Shown: piece by piece, positions 25,363 to 38,080 of the stretch
Layout of the letters: each line of letters begins with the position of its first letter
Position numbering within the stretch: the stretch's first letter is position 1
Assembly: GCF_001194135.2 (NCBI RefSeq)
Contig: NC_068984.1
Location: 69,435,309 to 69,474,173, forward strand
Direction: 5' to 3'
From: Octopus bimaculoides
Taxonomy: Eukaryota
DNA length: 38,865 nucleotides
Position numbers and translations under genes: made by a program
The notes under the pieces: generated by a model
Told to the model about the DNA's origin: nothing
What the model saw: the letters and a program-made list of their open reading frames with translations, nothing else
The model's database searches: none

Positions 25363-25861
25363 AAAAAAAAAACGATAAAAGATATCATGGAGCCCAGATA
25401 AAGAAAGATCCTTAAGTATAGATATAGGAAAATAATATTTTGTTTCTGTCAAATCAGAAAGAAACTTGGATAAAGTTAGTCTTCTGTTATTTCAATATAA
25501 ATGTTGAATAAGTGACCTATTTCTTATATAATCTTCACCAGTTATCTTTGAATAGAACTTTGAACAATACAACAGCTTATGTATTCCTTTATTGCTTTGA
25601 GGGACACAAGCACAATATTTTACTCTCAGACCACATTTAGAAACTGCATCAATTAAATAGTTAACCTTTAGCACTGCATTTTCTCTAGAATTGTTTCCCC
25701 TACTACTACCCAGTTACTACAAGGGAGAAAACTCACATGGTGACATGATGTACCTACAGTGTGCTAAAAGTCAATGCTGGATTAAGCAAATAACATGGAG
25801 GTATAGAAGAAATTTTATTCCATTAAAGTTTTACATATCTTCAACTTCTCTATTTCTATCT

Positions 25862-26085
25862 TAACTATCTAACATTTAAATCAGCTTTATCCAGCTCAAA
25901 AAATCTACCTGTTTTATCTTCAAACTGGCCAGATCTGACCTCCCAAACGTACCCTATAATATTATTCTAAAAATAAATAATCATATCATTGAAATCTGAA
26001 AGCTACATAGTAATAATGCATAAGAAACTCAAATCAATGTGAGTAAATAAACATTATATTAGACAGAGAAATCTGAATGTTAGAA
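25862..26085. mobile_element. Diverged MITE-like repeat, copy 2
   Basis: Same orientation as, and alignable with, 1730-1947 (cctgttttatcttcaaactggccagatctgacctc...taaaaataaataatcatatcattgaaatct). Confidence 0.55.
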
Positions 26086-26114
26086 ACAGATCAAAACTTC
26101 TCATTTATTAAGAT

Positions 26115-26330
26115 TTTAAATAATGGCTCTAATATAAGAGAAAGAATAGGAGGAGGAGGAAACAGCTGGTTATATCAATTCCAGTAAATGACTAGTAATT
26201 TATTTTATCAAACCCAGAAGGATTAAAGTCAAAGTTTGCCAAGGTAAAATTTAAAGCCAGACTGTTAAAAGATGGGATGAAATACTGCATTTATTTTCTT
26301 TGAAGCTTTATCAATTCTGCCAAACCACTA
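26115..26330 (-). mobile_element. Old SINE family B copy
   Basis: tttattttatcaaacccagaaggattaaagtcaaagtt resembles the inverted central domain. Confidence 0.5.
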
Positions 26331-26589
26331 CTCTTGGGAGTCCAAAACTTAACTGACAAATTTTGTGAAATAAACATCAGACAAATTGACTTACTACAAA
26401 GTAATATGTCAACCATAAAATAAGAGAATAGTTGCATTATTCTATGGCTTTTATCACTTAAGCAGTCTCACATAAAACAAATGTATATAGTTACCTATAT
26501 ATTTACTTAAACTTACTTAAAAAGTAAGGTTTAAATAATCAATAGGCTTAGTAGTAAGGTTAATTGCTTTAAACTCTTCATATATACCA

Positions 26590-26853
26590 TATCTGAACCA
26601 GTAAAGGGGTGGCCAGCAGAGTCGCTTGATCTGCTTGAGATAGTAGCCATATGTCTTTCAGCTCATACTCTACCATAAAATGAAAATGGAAGGGCACATT
26701 GCATAATGTGCTTGTGGGATCCTTGCACAAAGTGAAAAGAAAAATGGAGTGTTCCTGGTCAGAATGCCTTTGATTATAGGTTTGCTCAAAGATAGGGAAG
26801 ACTTTGATCATAAAATCTGCTTAATCAGCTATTACCAGGGGTTAAACAACTAC

Positions 26854-26855
<2 letters not shown>
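26590..26855 (+). mobile_element. SINE-like repeat ending in ggggttaaacaactacaac, followed by (CA)n
   Basis: Related fragments at 7300-7405 and 15105-15190 (+), and 5765-5925 (-). Confidence 0.5.
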
Positions 26856-26907
<52 letters not shown>

Positions 26908-27436
26908 GACACACACACACGCACACAAACACACATCACACACACACAAACACATACATCTGTACATAAATTCATACACAAAATCTACGCTACATAGACG
27001 AATGGTTCCATATAGTGTCATGATGCTCACGTTATATTTCTGCCTGCCAAACAATTATACTAAATAGATCAGCAAAACTTTTCTAAATTCTACTTATTCT
27101 TATTTTCCATTTCTCTTCTATGATCATTTGAAATGGTAAAGTAATATAACGAGTTGTCTGGAAATTGTTTCTCAGATTAAACACCTGAGGTTATGTAGAA
27201 TTGGGTTGTAGCAGAATTAGTCATAAATCTTCATGAAATATCACTCCCATGAACAGAAACACAAATTTATAAATATAACCAGAACTAAAAGATAATAGAC
27301 ATTTTTTCTTCTAATCATCAAACATTCTTACTTTGAAATTTAATTGGTTATATGATTGTTTGAACCTCTGTGTCTTAATGAGAAAGAGCATATATAAATG
27401 CATGCAGATGTGTTTATGTATGTATGTATGTATGTA

Positions 27437-27495
<59 letters not shown>

Positions 27496-28261
27496 ATAAT
27501 ATATTATATGTGTGCATGTGCAAACATAAATGCACATATATATTTATTTACAATATATATACACACATATTATGTATAATGCTCCATATAATACATTACG
27601 TGCCAGCCGCATGGAAATATCTATGTTAAAACAATGATGATGATCATATTTATGATGTTAGATATAAATTCACATATTCTGTTTATTTTCAACAATCATT
27701 ACTATTAAGGCCTGATCATATGATATGATTTTAGCAAATTTCCTTGAATTTTTCATTATTATTAAGTCTTGATCATATGATAGGATTCTGAAAGCAAACT
27801 ACTTTGAATTTATGATACAGGTATGTTTCCAGCAATTGCTTGGATTTTTATGCAGAATTATAGGTCTATAATTTTAAAGGCTTGTGAAAACTATGAATTT
27901 GAAAGAATTTACCAAGAAAGTTAATCATTTAGATATAGTGGGGAAGAAAAAGGAAGCATGCATACAATTTCATAGTAGGGTAGTTTTCATGAAACATTGT
28001 CTCATACTTGTTTATGATGATGTAAATAGAATTATAATCCTTCATTCTATACTGACTACAAAAAATAGTCTAATATTAGGGTATATAAGTCCTTGTAATG
28101 AAAGAAATGGGTACACATACTAATGCACATTTTTTACATTACAGTTTATATATGCCCCAGTATTAGACTATTTTCTATAGTCAATATATGGTGATGGCTT
28201 AAAATTCTATTTACAAAACTTCAGTTGCTAGAATTTTCACACCTTTTTATCCTTTATTTGT

Positions 28262-28423
28262 TTCATTCATTTGACTGTGGCCATGCTGGGGCACTGTCTT
28301 GAAAGGTTTTGGTCAAAGAAATTGAGCCACAAACTTATTATTTTTTGAAGACTTATTATTTTGCTGAACTGTTGCTGGACAGTGGCTGTCAAGCGGTGCT
28401 GGATGGACAAAAACAGACACAAA

Positions 28424-28467
<44 letters not shown>
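28262..28467 (-). mobile_element. SINE family A 3' half, ending in (CA)n
   Basis: cattcatttgactgtggccatgctggggcactg...gtcaagcggtgctgg. Confidence 0.8.
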
Positions 28468-28468
<1 letters not shown>

Positions 28469-28545
28469 TTCAACTTTGTTATCACTCGCATGCTTTGCTT
28501 AAACTGTTTTTTTCCTTCTCTCCAGACCATCCCCCTTTCCTCTTT

Positions 28546-28572
28546 CTGATGAAGAGCTATGCTGGAAACATC
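28546..28572 (+). ncRNA. Solo degenerate hammerhead-like core
   Basis: CTGATGA-A-GAGC(TAT)GCTg-GAAACaTC; no convincing stem I. Confidence 0.45.
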
Positions 28573-28699
28573 ATGTATCTCCTTTTTTCCATCTTTAACT
28601 GATCATCAACTTAATAAATTCACAGTGCACATCCTATTGACATTTTTTGTTGTTTTGCTTTTATTTTTATTTTTTGATTTACCTATATGTACTTTTTAA

Positions 28700-28914
28700 C
28701 TCTTTTTACTTGTTTCAGTCATTTGACTGTGGCCATTTGACTGCAGTCATTTGAGTGCACCGCCTTTAGGCGAGAAAATCAACCCCGGAGCTTAATCTTT
28801 GTAAGCCTAGTACTTATTCTATCGGTTCCTTTTGCCGAGCCACTAAGTAACGGGGATGTAAACACACCAGAATCAGTTGTCAAGCAATGTTGGGGGAAAA
28901 ACACAGATACACAA

Positions 28915-28945
<31 letters not shown>

Positions 28946-29037
28946 CATATATACAACGGGCTTCTTTCAGTTTCCGTCTACCAAATCCACTCACAAGGCT
29001 TTGGTCGACCCGATGCTATAGTAGAAGACACTTGTCC
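28700..29037 (-). mobile_element. SINE family A copy, 5'-truncated
   Basis: Well-preserved family A blocks (ctaagtaacggggatgtaaacacacc; gggcttctttcagtttccgtctaccaaatccactcacaaggctttggtcg). Confidence 0.9.
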
Positions 29038-29112
29038 TGGGGGGTCGATGTAAGTGACTTATCCCCACCCCTGAGATTGCTGGCCTTGTGCCAAAATTTG
29101 AAACCAGTATTG
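29038..29112 (+). mobile_element. SINE family B 3' tail fused to the truncated family A copy
   Basis: ggggtcgatgtaagtgacttatccccacccctgagattgctggccttgtgccaaaatttgaaacc. Confidence 0.75.
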
Positions 29113-29903
29113 TTCATCCATTGGAGCCTACATATGTTCTTTTTTTTTTTTTAATTTCTTTTTCAACCTTCTTCTATGCTCCACATTCAAAACCCATGTT
29201 TCACTACCATGCAGCCTTTTACTTCAGACACAGGCATAAGATTTTCCCTTTATTGAAAACAGATATCTTTGTTAACAAGAGATAATCATATATATATTGT
29301 CTCTACCATACTTAAGATGATATGACATGATTTGAGTAAAATTTGGCACCCAATTCTGTAAACCTGAACAAGTGCATAGATGGTCTTTGCTTTGATATAA
29401 CTAGGTGTGAATGAGAAACAAATTGGATAGTGTGTCAGTTGTCTTTGATTGGGGATATAATTATTCCTTGTTAGCTATATTATACCCCATATATTAAATA
29501 TGTGAACACTAATGTAATTATTGTCTTCTTAAATCAGTACAACCATCTTCACATATATGGTGCAAACTACATAGTTTGATTTAATTGAAGTACAATATAA
29601 CATTGCTCATGTGTGAGTGTATTTGTGTCATGTTTTAAATAGTTGTCAAGATATATTTCAATATTTAGTTGTCCTGCTTTGTGCAAATATTTTAAAAAAC
29701 TCTATATTATCTTGTCTTCCAAATAAATGTGAAACAAGCCAGCTGTATATGCTGGTTAACAATTATCATATATACTCTGTCTCTTCCCTGTTTATCTTTC
29801 TCCTTCTCCCTCTCTTTCTCACATGAAAATGCTTGCTCAAGATAGCAAAGACTAAATGACAAGATTTCCGAAAAATTATGATACTGACTCTATTTAAAAT
29901 ATA

Positions 29904-30148
29904 ATAGGTCGTCAAGTATGAAATTTGTAGAAAAGAAAAAATAGTTTGCTAATGTTCTATAAATACAAGGAATAGTTTTATTCATCAAAGTGTGCACCCA
30001 TATTGTCAATACACTTTTGCCATTTCAGCAGTAGCTTGTCCAGCCCAGAACTGTAAAAACCTGGCAATCTAGAATCAATAAAATCTTGGAAGGCAAGTTT
30101 TACAGCATCATCGGAATTAAGTTTTTTTCCTATCAAAAGGTTAGATAG
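29904..30148 (-). mobile_element. Mariner (Tc1/mariner) transposase C-terminal remnant with probable 3' terminal inverted repeat
   Basis: LSNLLIGKKLNSDDAVKLAFQDFIDSRLPGFYSSGLDKLLLKWQKCIDNMGAHFDE* matches the mariner C-terminus (L.GKKF.S...VK......FY..GI.KL..RWQKCI...G.YF). TA|ATAGGTCGTC at 29902 resembles a mariner end. The upstream part is replaced by microsatellite. Confidence 0.9.
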
Positions 30149-30149
30149 A

Positions 30150-30642
30150 TGTATGTATGTGTGTGTGTGTGTGGGGGGGGGTATATATGTGTATATGCAC
30201 ATGTATGTAAGCATATGGATATGAAAATAAACAGATCAACATGCAGACGGATAGGTACATACGTTATATGAACAGACAAGCACACATACGCAAATGGAGA
30301 TTGAAACACATGACCATATATACACACACACTTTACTTCGCACAAGGACACATATGAAGACACGTGTCCACACATATGGAGATGCACATCCATACATACA
30401 AACATGGTACATAGTTGCAAAACACACACACACACAGATATGCACACACAAGAAGACAGAGGTGCATACATATACAAACACATGCACACACACACATACA
30501 TAAAAAGTACACAAACAGGACATGCAAGCACATGAATATGCAGAAGACATACATACAGATGTAGACACATATATACATAAATACATATGCATACACACAC
30601 ATATATACATACACATACATGCATACATACATGCATGCATAG

Positions 30643-30680
<38 letters not shown>

Positions 30681-30715
30681 ACCCACACACATGCACACAA
30701 ACAAACAAAAATGTA
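30150..30715. repeat. Long degenerate CA/TA-rich low-complexity tract
   Basis: Directly visible; source of the CV/HT-repeat ORFs. Confidence 0.92.
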
Positions 30716-31463
30716 ATGCAGTCTAAATAACAGAGTCAAGACTATTGAAAAGGTTGCAAGATGCAACAAAAATTTTATGAAAATAAAAATGAGGAATAAG
30801 TGGAAGTTTTACCGGTGAGTGTGTTAAATTATAAGGCACAAAAAGAAAATGACTCTCCCCAGACACAACAGTTAAGAATTAATTTTGAATGCTTTACCTG
30901 TTACAAAATTTAAAGCTGATGCACATGCGTGCATGCATACATACATACATACATACATACATACACACACACATACATACAAGTCTATACACTCTCTCTA
31001 TATACCATCCTTTTTCAGTCTCTACCTACCATTAACTTTATTCATCTACAAATAGCTGAAGGTAGCAAAACAGAAAACAAAAATTCTTATTTAAATCTAA
31101 GACATTTTCTCCATTTAAAAATTAGGATTTATCGTGAATGATTTGCCAGTACAACACTAAAGTTTTTTGCATTCATTTTTATGTGTTAATTACAAGAAAC
31201 AAAAGGAAACACTGCAATTGCTGGGTTATCCTCAGTCAGAAGACGCGTTAAATTGCTTGTAACTAAATGAACTCTTCTAAAAACTCCCAATGGTCAGGTA
31301 GTAGTTTTAAACAGGACAATGAATTAAGTCCGCCATGTAAGAGCATGCATAGTCTATCCAAAATGCTACAATACAGTTTCCATCTTTCTCTGTATCAAAT
31401 TTTTTTTTTTCACATTTCTTAGGTTAACCTGAAATGATGGTTGAAAACATTCAGATTCTAGTA

Positions 31464-31891
31464 AGGTGCAGGCATGGCTGCTTGGTAAGAAGCTTGCATC
31501 CCAACCACATAGTTTCAGATTCAATCCAACTGCATGGCACATTGAGCAAGTGTCTTCTATTAGAGCATCAGACCAACTAAAACCTTGCGAGGGGATTTGG
31601 TAAATAGAAACTGAATGAAGCTCGTCATATAAAAATATATATGAGTATATACTTATATGTGTGTGGCTTTGTGCCTGTGTTTGTCCCCCAACACCACCAT
31701 CGCTTGACAACCGATGTTGGTGTGTTTATGGCACCGCAACTTAATGGTTCAGCAAAAGAGACCAATAAAATAAGTACTAGGATTACAAAAAATAAGTCCT
31801 GGGTTCAATTTCTTTGACTAAAAGTCCCTTTAAGGTGATGCTCAAGCATGGCCACGGTCAAATGACTGAAACAAGTAAAAGAATAAAAGAG
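31464..31891 (+). mobile_element. SINE family A, full-length copy
   Basis: tRNA-like head (tggctgcttggtaagaagc...ttcagattcaatcc), core (ggcacattgagcaagtgtcttct), central microsatellite, tail ending gactgaaacaagtaaaagaataaaaga. Confidence 0.9.
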
Positions 31892-32716
31892 TACTGCAAA
31901 GGAAATTTCTTTGATTTACAATGACAGAATATGTTAAAATTATCTTTCTAGCTGGTATGGATGTGATGTAAGTCGAATTGTATGGTATTAAAGCTATTGA
32001 CTATGTTGGTTTTGTGTGTTTGATCCTAGGATTTACCTATCCTTTTCATTTTTATTTTTTTTACCTTTCATTATTTATGGATCTATTGCCAAGATATTAC
32101 TATACTTCTGTGGTAGTGCCATTATTCCTTTTACTTATTCTTATTTTCATTGACAATTGCAGGTTTTGCATCGTTGGCTTTTCAAAACCATGTGGTATAC
32201 TCAAGTATTTTCTTGCTTACTGCATCTCCGATACTGTAATATATAATGCATAACACCTGGAGCAATAGATTGATGCTATAGTCTGTGTCATTACTATTAT
32301 TGTCATCAGTATCATCATCTTTACTGTTATTATTATTATATAGCAGACTGGTCAGATGTAAAATATGTAGTGTGTCAGCGCACTTTGAACTTTATCGTTT
32401 AGATGACATTATAGCCATGGGCATCCTGTTTTATTTTGGGCACTTTGCCCTAGGATTTTAGAACTAAGAGAAGCTAGTAGGAAACTGGTTGAAAGGAAAT
32501 TTGGCTGGTCATCAGCAAGGTCAAATAACTCTATAGAAGTTCCTCATTGATTCATTTCTGATGTTGGCTTGTGATTGTGATACTGAGAATGAATGTACAT
32601 GCATATCGATAGCTTTGTCAAGGAAGAATACTAGAAAGTTAACTGAACAAAGGAAAATAAAATGACATTTCATTATTAACTCAGAGTGAGAGAAATGGTG
32701 TTGTTAGTAAAAAAAA

Positions 32717-32717
<1 letters not shown>

Positions 32718-32809
<92 letters not shown>

Positions 32810-32820
32810 AAGAAGAAGAG
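32718..32820. repeat. (AAT)n(AAG)n compound microsatellite
   Basis: Directly visible. Confidence 0.97.
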
Positions 32821-33889
32821 AAATACAGACGAAGAAAATGTTCAAAAAATGAAATATGGAAAGAATAAATTATATAGGAGATACAATAAATGCAAGAATG
32901 AACTAAAAAAGAAAAGCATCTAGATATGCATGAGTTAGTGTCTCAAACAAAAGAATACTAAGTTACATTGCAACTAAACATCTGTCAAAGATTGAAATAA
33001 AGATTGTATAATGTCGAAAAGACTCTTCAATATACAATTTCCTTTAATAATATATTTGACGCAAAGGTGAGGAATTAAGAGAAATAGTAGAGCAGTGAAC
33101 TATGGAAGCAAACTGACAGAGTTGCTAGAATAACAGAGAGAATATCTTGCAAATGGGGAGATTTGCGAGTGTTTGACGAGAAGGTTCCCTCTGCATTTTT
33201 CTGTTCTTTGCAGCTTGGGTTCAGATTTCACCTCTTATTACTGATCTCCTTGTGCCAGGACACAACTTTGAAATCTTGACAAGTGGGGGAAAGCTTCCAC
33301 TATCTCTCTATCTCACTCTATTGTTCTTCTTCCATTCTGTTTTTCTCTCTCACCCTTTCTCTAATTCTTCTCTTCTCCCCTTCACAGTTCCCTCTCTCTC
33401 TCACTCTTCCTCCTTGACTCTCTCATTGCTCACACGTCACCAACGTCTATCTCTCTTTCTTTCTTTCTTTCTTCCACTTCCTTCCTAAAGACAAGACATG
33501 CTTTTGCCTGTCTCTTCTCAAAGCTTGTTGTTCTAGCGTTCACCACTTCACCTCGTTATGGCTTAACAACCCTCACCATTTGTTTTTACTGTCTTGTTCT
33601 CACTGTCCTGTTTTTGTTACCACTTTAACCCTCCGCAAAAAAATCCCAAATTTTATTCAATTTACTTTGTGGGAAGGACTGTTTTAACGAAGTCACGTCT
33701 TGTCCCTACCTTCAAAATGTGGAGTAGATAAAACAGGGGACAACTGATGAAGGGAATGTTCTTTATGTTGGCTGTCTTGTTTCTCTATTTGCTTCTTTCG
33801 TTGTTCGGAAAAAAAGTTCGTTTTCCATGCTTTTGTTTTGTATGTACTCGTTTCTCATTTTGTTCACGATTTTTTGACATGCTGCACCC

Positions 33890-33970
33890 AGATATGCATG
33901 TATATATACATATATATGTAGGTATGTACATATGTGTGTGTATATATGCATATATATATATTATTTGTAT

Positions 33971-34029
<59 letters not shown>

Positions 34030-34080
34030 ATACATATATGTATATATCTATATATATGTGTGTGAGAGAGATAGATATAC
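33890..34080. repeat. (TA)n/(TG)n compound microsatellite
   Basis: Directly visible. Confidence 0.95.
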
Positions 34081-34428
34081 AGATAAATTTATAGTATACT
34101 TAATATCATCCATTTTCCTGTTTCAACCAGCATAATGTAATTTTTGTATTTCTTTTTACACACACACATGTTTTGTCCCTATACTAATGCCTCTACTCAT
34201 CTTTCCTTATGCTTAATTATTCAAATATGTTTTGTAGCCCAAACTACGTCTTTCCCCTTTATGTATTTTCTCATTTATAATTTGTATATCAACTGAACAT
34301 TTACCATATATCTTTTTCTCTCATCTTTGTCTTCCTCTTTCTTCTCCACTATTTCTACTCTACTTGGTTATACTAAACATGAACTGATATGCAAACCAAT
34401 ATACCAGCTTGTCCATCTTCTATCTTCC

Positions 34429-34470
<42 letters not shown>

Positions 34471-34704
34471 CCTATTTTGTTCATTTACCACTCACTTCTT
34501 AGCTTCACTTTGATAGTGCCTCTTTTCCCATCTTTTTCTTTTGTTTCTTTCCCTTCTGTAAATACAAATGTGTGCGTGTGTGTGTTCATGAATATCTGTC
34601 TGTATTGATATGTATGCACACACTCATACACATCTATGTAAAGATGCATCTATGATTTTATACTTATATGCAAGTTCTTAAGTATTCGTAAGAGTATATA
34701 CATA

Positions 34705-34738
<34 letters not shown>

Positions 34739-36929
34739 CATATTTATGAATGCACTCATGTATAATGTGCACCCATAATTATGGTCAATTAAATCCTGGA
34801 AAAAAAATCTCTCTGCACTATTCCCTCTAAGCTGTACACATGTGCATACATTTTCCAACCAGTGCCTAAAATAATACTATATTCAGTGTGTTCATACTTT
34901 CATCATGAGTAAAAAAATTGCACAACCTAATATTTTTGTACACCATGATTACTAAAGATTTAAGGAACTATTTATCACTTCCTGTATGCTATTCTCTATT
35001 AAGAAAGAGGTGTATTTAGTTAGACTTATTAGAATTGCTGTCTAAAACACTGAAAAATTTTCTGACATACAGAATCATACAAAATGCAGATTTGAAAATA
35101 ATCATTGAACTTTACTACATATTATAAAGTCTATTCTGTGGAAACTGTAATGTCACTTAGTTCTTCTTGAAAAAAAAAATTGTATTATACATGAACTGAA
35201 ATGGAATGGCAGAATGCAAAGTAGCGTTTTTTTTTTGTTTTTTTTTTTGTCCTTTCCAGACACTATACTGTAAAACTCCTTAGGATCAAGACACTTATGT
35301 ATAATTTCATTGGATTAAACTGAACTGTGATATTATGATAACACCTGCAATGATGCACGTGCAAAGCTCCATTGGCCCAATTTGATGCATTCCACCTTGT
35401 ATAAACATTGATGTCACAGAGAAAAGAGATTTGCATGCATGGGCAATAGTCAGTCTTTCTTGACATTAGTTGGGTTTGGAGGAATATTAATGGCATATAT
35501 TACTGATGGTGGAGTGTTAGTGAAAGCCCTCGAAAACTGTGATAGATGTCATTAGCATTTCACTCAACAACATTGCAACTCAGCATCTTCAAGAAAGGCA
35601 TTTGTGTGGAAAAAAGGAGAATTTCAAAATTCTGAAATTCTATGGTGAAAAAACTGGGTATATTAATATTAGAAAGTTCTGGTAGTGTGGGGCTTGAGGA
35701 TTCAGACAGAACACAACATAGATTGTGAGAGTGGAGGTCTTTGTCATTGCTGTACAATGACACAGAGATGAGACTGTATGTTCATGAGTTAGAATTTGGA
35801 TCACTAAATCCTGTTGGAATTCCACTTTGCATATCATCCTTCCACCTTCAAACAGAAAGTACTTACCCTCCCCGATAAATATGCGGCTTAGTGTCATATG
35901 ATATTAACATATGAAAAATTTGGATTACATACTGGAAAAAGGCTAACAGCCCTTGGTCCCTAGTTTTTAAAACGGTTTCTTTTTATGAAACAAATTCCTA
36001 ATGAGATGACGAGACAAAATTAATGAGTTCACCAATTATTGTGAGTGCTGGGATGCATGATGGGAACCAAGTCATATCTCAAAGTGGTTATACAATGACA
36101 ATCTCAAAAGACATATAAGGGGATAAACAATAATTTGTTTGTATAGGTACTGGTAGTTTAAGGAAACCAAAATCATTCTTAAACATGCTTCATAAACATA
36201 CTAGCAAAGATCCAACAAAGAAAGGTAGCACAGGTTCATTATATGAACGAAAATATATCCAAACTGCAGAGAAGAAGGTAACATCCTTGTGTGTGTGTGT
36301 GTGGTACTACAGCCATATAGAAAATATACCAAACTAATAGTTAGCAGGTGAAAAGGTAACAAACGGAAACCAAGGATTTGAATAATCACGTAGCCTAGCA
36401 ATAAATTTCATAATGTGGCTTTATCCAAAATTCTCACAAGGTGTTGTCTTCATAGCAACAAAAAAACACATTTTACATCATTTATGTCTCACCAGCAACT
36501 GTTATTAAGGTTTTTCACTCTTTTTCCTGTAGAGATGGTGAGTCATGTACCTATGCTCAAGGCAATACAATTGGCTGTACCCTAGTCACATCACGCATAG
36601 ATGGAAGACAACTATGTCAAAGGAAAATAGTTCTACTATAGTATTATTAGCCTCTTGGCAGAGCCATGGCACAGGCATGTCTTTATAGTAAAAAAATTTG
36701 CTTCTTAGCCACATAGTTTTGGGTGTAGTTTCACTGAATATTTTTCTATATCAGGAGATACTTTACATTTTGCTGCTGATATTCTTCTGTACTTTTTACC
36801 CCGATATATCTATAAGAGATGCTTTCCTGAGATGAATACTGAAGTTGTGTGGTTTTCCACAGTTTATCCATATTATGTTAGATATACAGAATACCATATG
36901 TATATGTGTGCGTGTGTGTATTTATGTGT

Positions 36930-37152
36930 GTGTGTGTGTCTCGTCTCTGTGTTTGTCCCCCCACCATCACTTGACAACTGATGCTGGTGTATTTTCGTCC
37001 CCATAACTTAACAGTTCAACAAAAAGACTGATAGAATAAGTACTAGGCTTACAAAGAATAAGTCCTGTGGTTGATTTGTTTGACTATAAAATTTTAAGGT
37101 GATGCTCCAGCATGCCCGCAGTCAAATGATTGAAACAAGTAAAAGAATAAAA
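36930..37152 (+). mobile_element. SINE family A 3' half
   Basis: Same tail blocks as 31464-31891. Confidence 0.88.
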
Positions 37153-37190
37153 GTATATATATATATATATATTTATTTATTTATTTACTA

Positions 37191-37311
37191 TTCTTAAAGA
37201 AGAGTATTATTGGCTGTGACTTCGAAGTTTCATCCAGCTAAGCCATCATCAGAAGATGGTTTAGTTGGCCAAAATTTCGAAGTCACTCTCAATAATATTC
37301 TTGCTTAAGAA
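37191..37311. repeat. 121-bp spacerless imperfect palindrome centred on 37251, with hammerhead-like arms
   Basis: 60-bp arms pair without indels; 8 mismatches and 5 G-T positions counted by hand. Confidence 0.92.
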
Positions 37312-37461
37312 AAATAAATTTGTGCTTTACAAAAGTATAGAGAGTAACCCAGCCAAATTAATGTAAAATTGCTTTTATGATAACTGAACATCAAGACAAA
37401 CATTTTATATTTATATACATATATATATTTATATATACATACACATGCACACAAATATGAG

Positions 37462-37508
<47 letters not shown>

Positions 37509-37824
37509 GTGATCATGTGCGGTACCTTAGTGTTTGTTTATATATACAATTTATTGAACAGGAACACATTGGATAATGTTTTTGCCAATTTTTCCTGTCA
37601 ACAAATTGTTCAAGCACTTCATGGCTTCAAAGAAGCTATGCGGAATGAATGATTTTTACCTGAAAAACTGGCAAGCGTTAGTATCAAGAATAGGTTGTTA
37701 ACTAAAGCTTCAAATAACATATTCGTTCAACTGAAGCAAGCATGGAAAACCACACAAGCAAGTTTTCTACAAGTCTTGATATATTCTAATTGCTTGATAT
37801 AAGCAGCACAGATTGTATCTTTCT

Positions 37825-38080
37825 TTTACCTTTTTACTTTACTTCTTTCAGTCATTAAACTGCAGCCATGCTGTGGCACCACCCTGAAGAAATTTTAGTT
37901 GCATGAATCAACCCTAGTACTGTTTTCTTAAACCTGTCACTTATTATATTGGTCTCTTTTTCTGAACTGCTAAGTGTTGGGGACGTAGACACACATGACG
38001 CGCTTCTTTCAGTTTCCATCTACTAAATCCATTTTCTAGGCTTTGGTTGTGCCAAGGCTATAGTAGAAGACACTTGCCTA
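37825..38080 (-). mobile_element. SINE family A copy lacking its central block, truncated by the palindrome
   Basis: Jumps from ggggacgtagacac directly to gcttctttcagtttccatc; ends at gacacttgcct. Confidence 0.82.

Noticed and set aside
33520-33880. Possible third PLE end (QSLLF*...GL-like text, then CTGATGAAGGG at ~33745)
   Set aside because: No stem II followed by GAAA, and the protein resemblance needs frameshifts; too weak to call.
35410-35560. Short open stretch MGNSQSFLTLVGFGGILMAYITDGGV
   Set aside because: Under 50 aa, no homology recognised, no splice support.
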